Origin: Tubiluchus corallicola
Lineage: Eukaryota; Animalia; Priapulida
Reading direction: 5' to 3'
DNA: 64,000 nucleotides
Assembly (NCBI GenBank): GCA_030141605.1
Contig: JAQGDQ010001005.1
Span: 7,162-71,161, forward strand
A model generated the notes under the pieces. That model saw nothing but the letters and a program-made list of their open reading frames with translations. It searched no databases and was not told where the DNA came from. The first letter of the stretch is position 1. Every line of letters starts with the position of its first letter. Shown here piece by piece: positions 61,867 to 64,000 of the stretch. The position numbers and the translations under genes are program-made.

Positions 61867-62279
61867 CAGGGTTCCCACAGTCTGGGAAAATCCCTAGAAA
61901 GTCATGGAAGAGTTAGGGAAAAAGATTATTTGGTAAAAAGTCAGGGAAAAAGTCATAATGAAAATGGGGTAAAAAGTCAGGGGGAAGTTGGAAAGGATTA
62001 CAAAAATAATCACTGTGAACCGATATTTTTCCAAAAATATTTTCAGTGATTCGTGTTGAAATAAAATTTTGCTATGGCAGGCTCCCAGTTTTCACTTCTG
62101 TTGAAAAATAGTGATTAGGGTGCACATTATATATCAGTATATGTGATGAATGTCCATACACAAAAATGTTTAAATATGTATACTGATAATGCAATTTCTG
62201 CTTACCTTCGTCATGGAAAATCGATATTTGGTCAGGGAAAAGTCATGGAAATTTATTTTAAAATTCTGTGGGAACCCTG
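61867..62279. mobile_element. MITE with a 5-bp TSD (hAT5-like)
   Basis: TIR CAGGGTTCCCACAG/CTGTGGGAACCCTG; ACATT on both flanks; AAAGTCAGGGA subterminal repeats. Confidence 0.82.
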
Positions 62280-62512
62280 ACATTACAACGTGGAACAAAC
62301 TGCCTTGGCACTTTTAATAGTTTCATGCCTTCATACTCTTACCAACAAGGCTGCACCAATCAGCACTATTATTATTGTACTTTTCGCATTTTCCAAGAGA
62401 TTTTATCTCAAACTGCACTCCGCCACCATATTCTCTAGCATTCTCTGCTTTTTTCGAGTAGTTGTTTTAAGAAAAATTACATTTGTGTATTTTTCATATG
62501 CTTGTTTATAAA

Positions 62513-62638
62513 GTCATGGGAGTGATAAGCTGGGGTACTGAATGTGCTAGGGCTGGTAAACCAGGTGTCTATACTAGAGTATCTCTTTACGTGGACTGGA
62601 TAAAAGCAAAACTGAGAGACTATGAGGAGGCGAAATGA
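62513..62638 (+). pseudogene. Orphan C-terminal fragment of a trypsin-like (S1A) serine protease
   Basis: [41 protein letters not shown]; no upstream GDSGGP; AATAAA signals near 62792 and 62804. Confidence 0.88.
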
Positions 62639-63483
62639 ATGTTACCACCTTTGCATCCAATGAGGTCTGAGGTGATTGTGGGGCAGCGACATTAAAAATT
62701 GGGATTACATCCTATTCCAAAGCTAAATGTATGTTAACCATAATATTAACTATGTTAAATCATAACGTTTTAAGATGCCAGAACATCTAACAATAAAAAT
62801 TGCAATAAAAATTTTTGTATGTATTTTATAAATCACTAACCGTGATTACTATTGTAAAAAACATTGAAATGATTGCAAATTGTGAACATTGTAAACGTTT
62901 GTAGTGGCAAACATACTTTATATTTTGTAAACAGCAAAATCCGTGCGAGAATGACTGCAATATTCAAGTTGTTCAAAAATTGTCTATAATTCTTCTTAAA
63001 AACAGTAATGTAGGCATTGTACATGTTTTAATTTAATAAAAAGCTACGACCAAGAATACCTTGGAAATAATTTGCTCTGATGCAATTTCTTTAACAAGGT
63101 TTTTATTAAAATAAACCGCACAACAATTAACACTGCCGCTGCATTTCAATTTAGTAATGTCTAACTGCACACATTGTACAAAACGTAGCATAATACTTAA
63201 CATATTTCAGTATAATTCTATAAAACTTATGATATCTTTTACAAATTCATAAATATGTAAAATTTCATTGACCCATGCTACACCTTATATATATATATAT
63301 AATATTTATATTTATAATATATATATAAATAGGTAAAGTTCTTATAGGTGAAAGGCTTACCTTAAATGAAAATTTATTGCCTTTGAGTTCTTTTATTTAG
63401 AATTGTATTCCAAGACAATGTAACTGTCACTTTCTTAAAACAAGCATATGAAAAATACACAAATCTAATTTTTCTTAAAACAG

Positions 63484-63602
63484 CTACTCGAAAAAAGCAG
63501 AGAATGCTAGAGAATATGGTGGCGGAGTGCAGTTTGAGATAAAATCTCTTGGAAAATGCGAAAAGTACAATAATAATAGTGCTGATTGGTGCAGCCTTGT
63601 TG
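63484..63602 (+). CDS. Isolated candidate exon of an unknown (possibly extracellular modular) protein
   Basis: CAG acceptor, open frame YSKKAENAREYGGGVQFEIKSLGKCEKYNNNSADWCSLV, G|GTAAG phase-1 donor; the inverted copy has AA in place of the acceptor AG. Confidence 0.45.
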
Positions 63603-64000
63603 GTAAGAGTATGAAGGCATGAAACTATTAAAAGTGCCAAGGCAGTTTGTTCCACGTTGTAATGTCAGGGTTCCCACAGAATTTTAAAATAAATTTCCAT
63701 GACTTTTCCCTGACCAAATATTGATTTTCCATGACCAAGATAAGCAGAAATTGCATTATCAGTATACACATTCAAACATTTTTGTGTATGGACATTCATA
63801 CATATACTGATATATAATGTTGCGGCACAGTTGCAGTAGTGCCAACGAAATTACACTAATCACATTAAATAAACTTTCTTAATCCAATCATTATTTTTGG
63901 AACAGAAATCGAAACTGGGAGCCTGTCATAGCAAAGTTTCATTTGAACACGAATCGTTGAAAAATATGTTTGGAAAAATATCGATTCACGGTGATTATTT

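Larger units (their letters stand above)
62004..64000. repeat. Inverted duplication; arms 62004-62507 and 63438-64000 (runs off the window)
   Basis: The arms are reverse complements (the same MEQTALALL... ORF appears on opposite strands); spacer ~930 bp. Confidence 0.95.

Noticed and set aside
62290-62511. Duplicated small hydrophobic protein MEQTALALL... (also 63374-63655)
   Set aside because: It starts at GTG and is the antisense reading of the exon-like segment in the inverted arms.

Overview
AT-rich, intron-rich animal (invertebrate, probably arthropod-like) genomic DNA, not prokaryotic. I reconstructed three genes by hand from splice sites and reading phase. (1) The 3' part of a ZP-domain (cuticlin/dusky-like) transmembrane protein gene, + strand, 4 exons, 1059-8384. 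(2) A complete 17-coding-exon long-chain acyl-CoA synthetase (ACSL1/5/6-like, 683 aa), - strand, 43101-14052. (3) A 10-coding-exon Na+/H+ antiporter (SLC9B/NHA2-like, about 618 aa), + strand, 49144-59814, head-to-head with ACSL and needing one GC-AG intron. Introns and intergenic DNA carry many non-autonomous DNA transposons (hAT with 8-bp and 5-bp TSDs, Tc1/mariner/pogo, piggyBac-like, MULE-like), LINE fragments (RTE-like, CR1/L2-like, R2/NeSL-like RLE), tRNA- and 5S-derived SINEs, and about ten local tandem arrays. Nearly all long ORFs in the supplied track are artefacts of those arrays. The most unusual structures are an inverted duplication at 62.0-64.0 kb enclosing an orphan trypsin-like protease C-terminus, tandem duplications that copy splice acceptors, and a 72-bp array of hairpin-forming units. 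I cannot support a clearly new biological system from sequence alone. All family assignments are from recognised motifs, with no database search.
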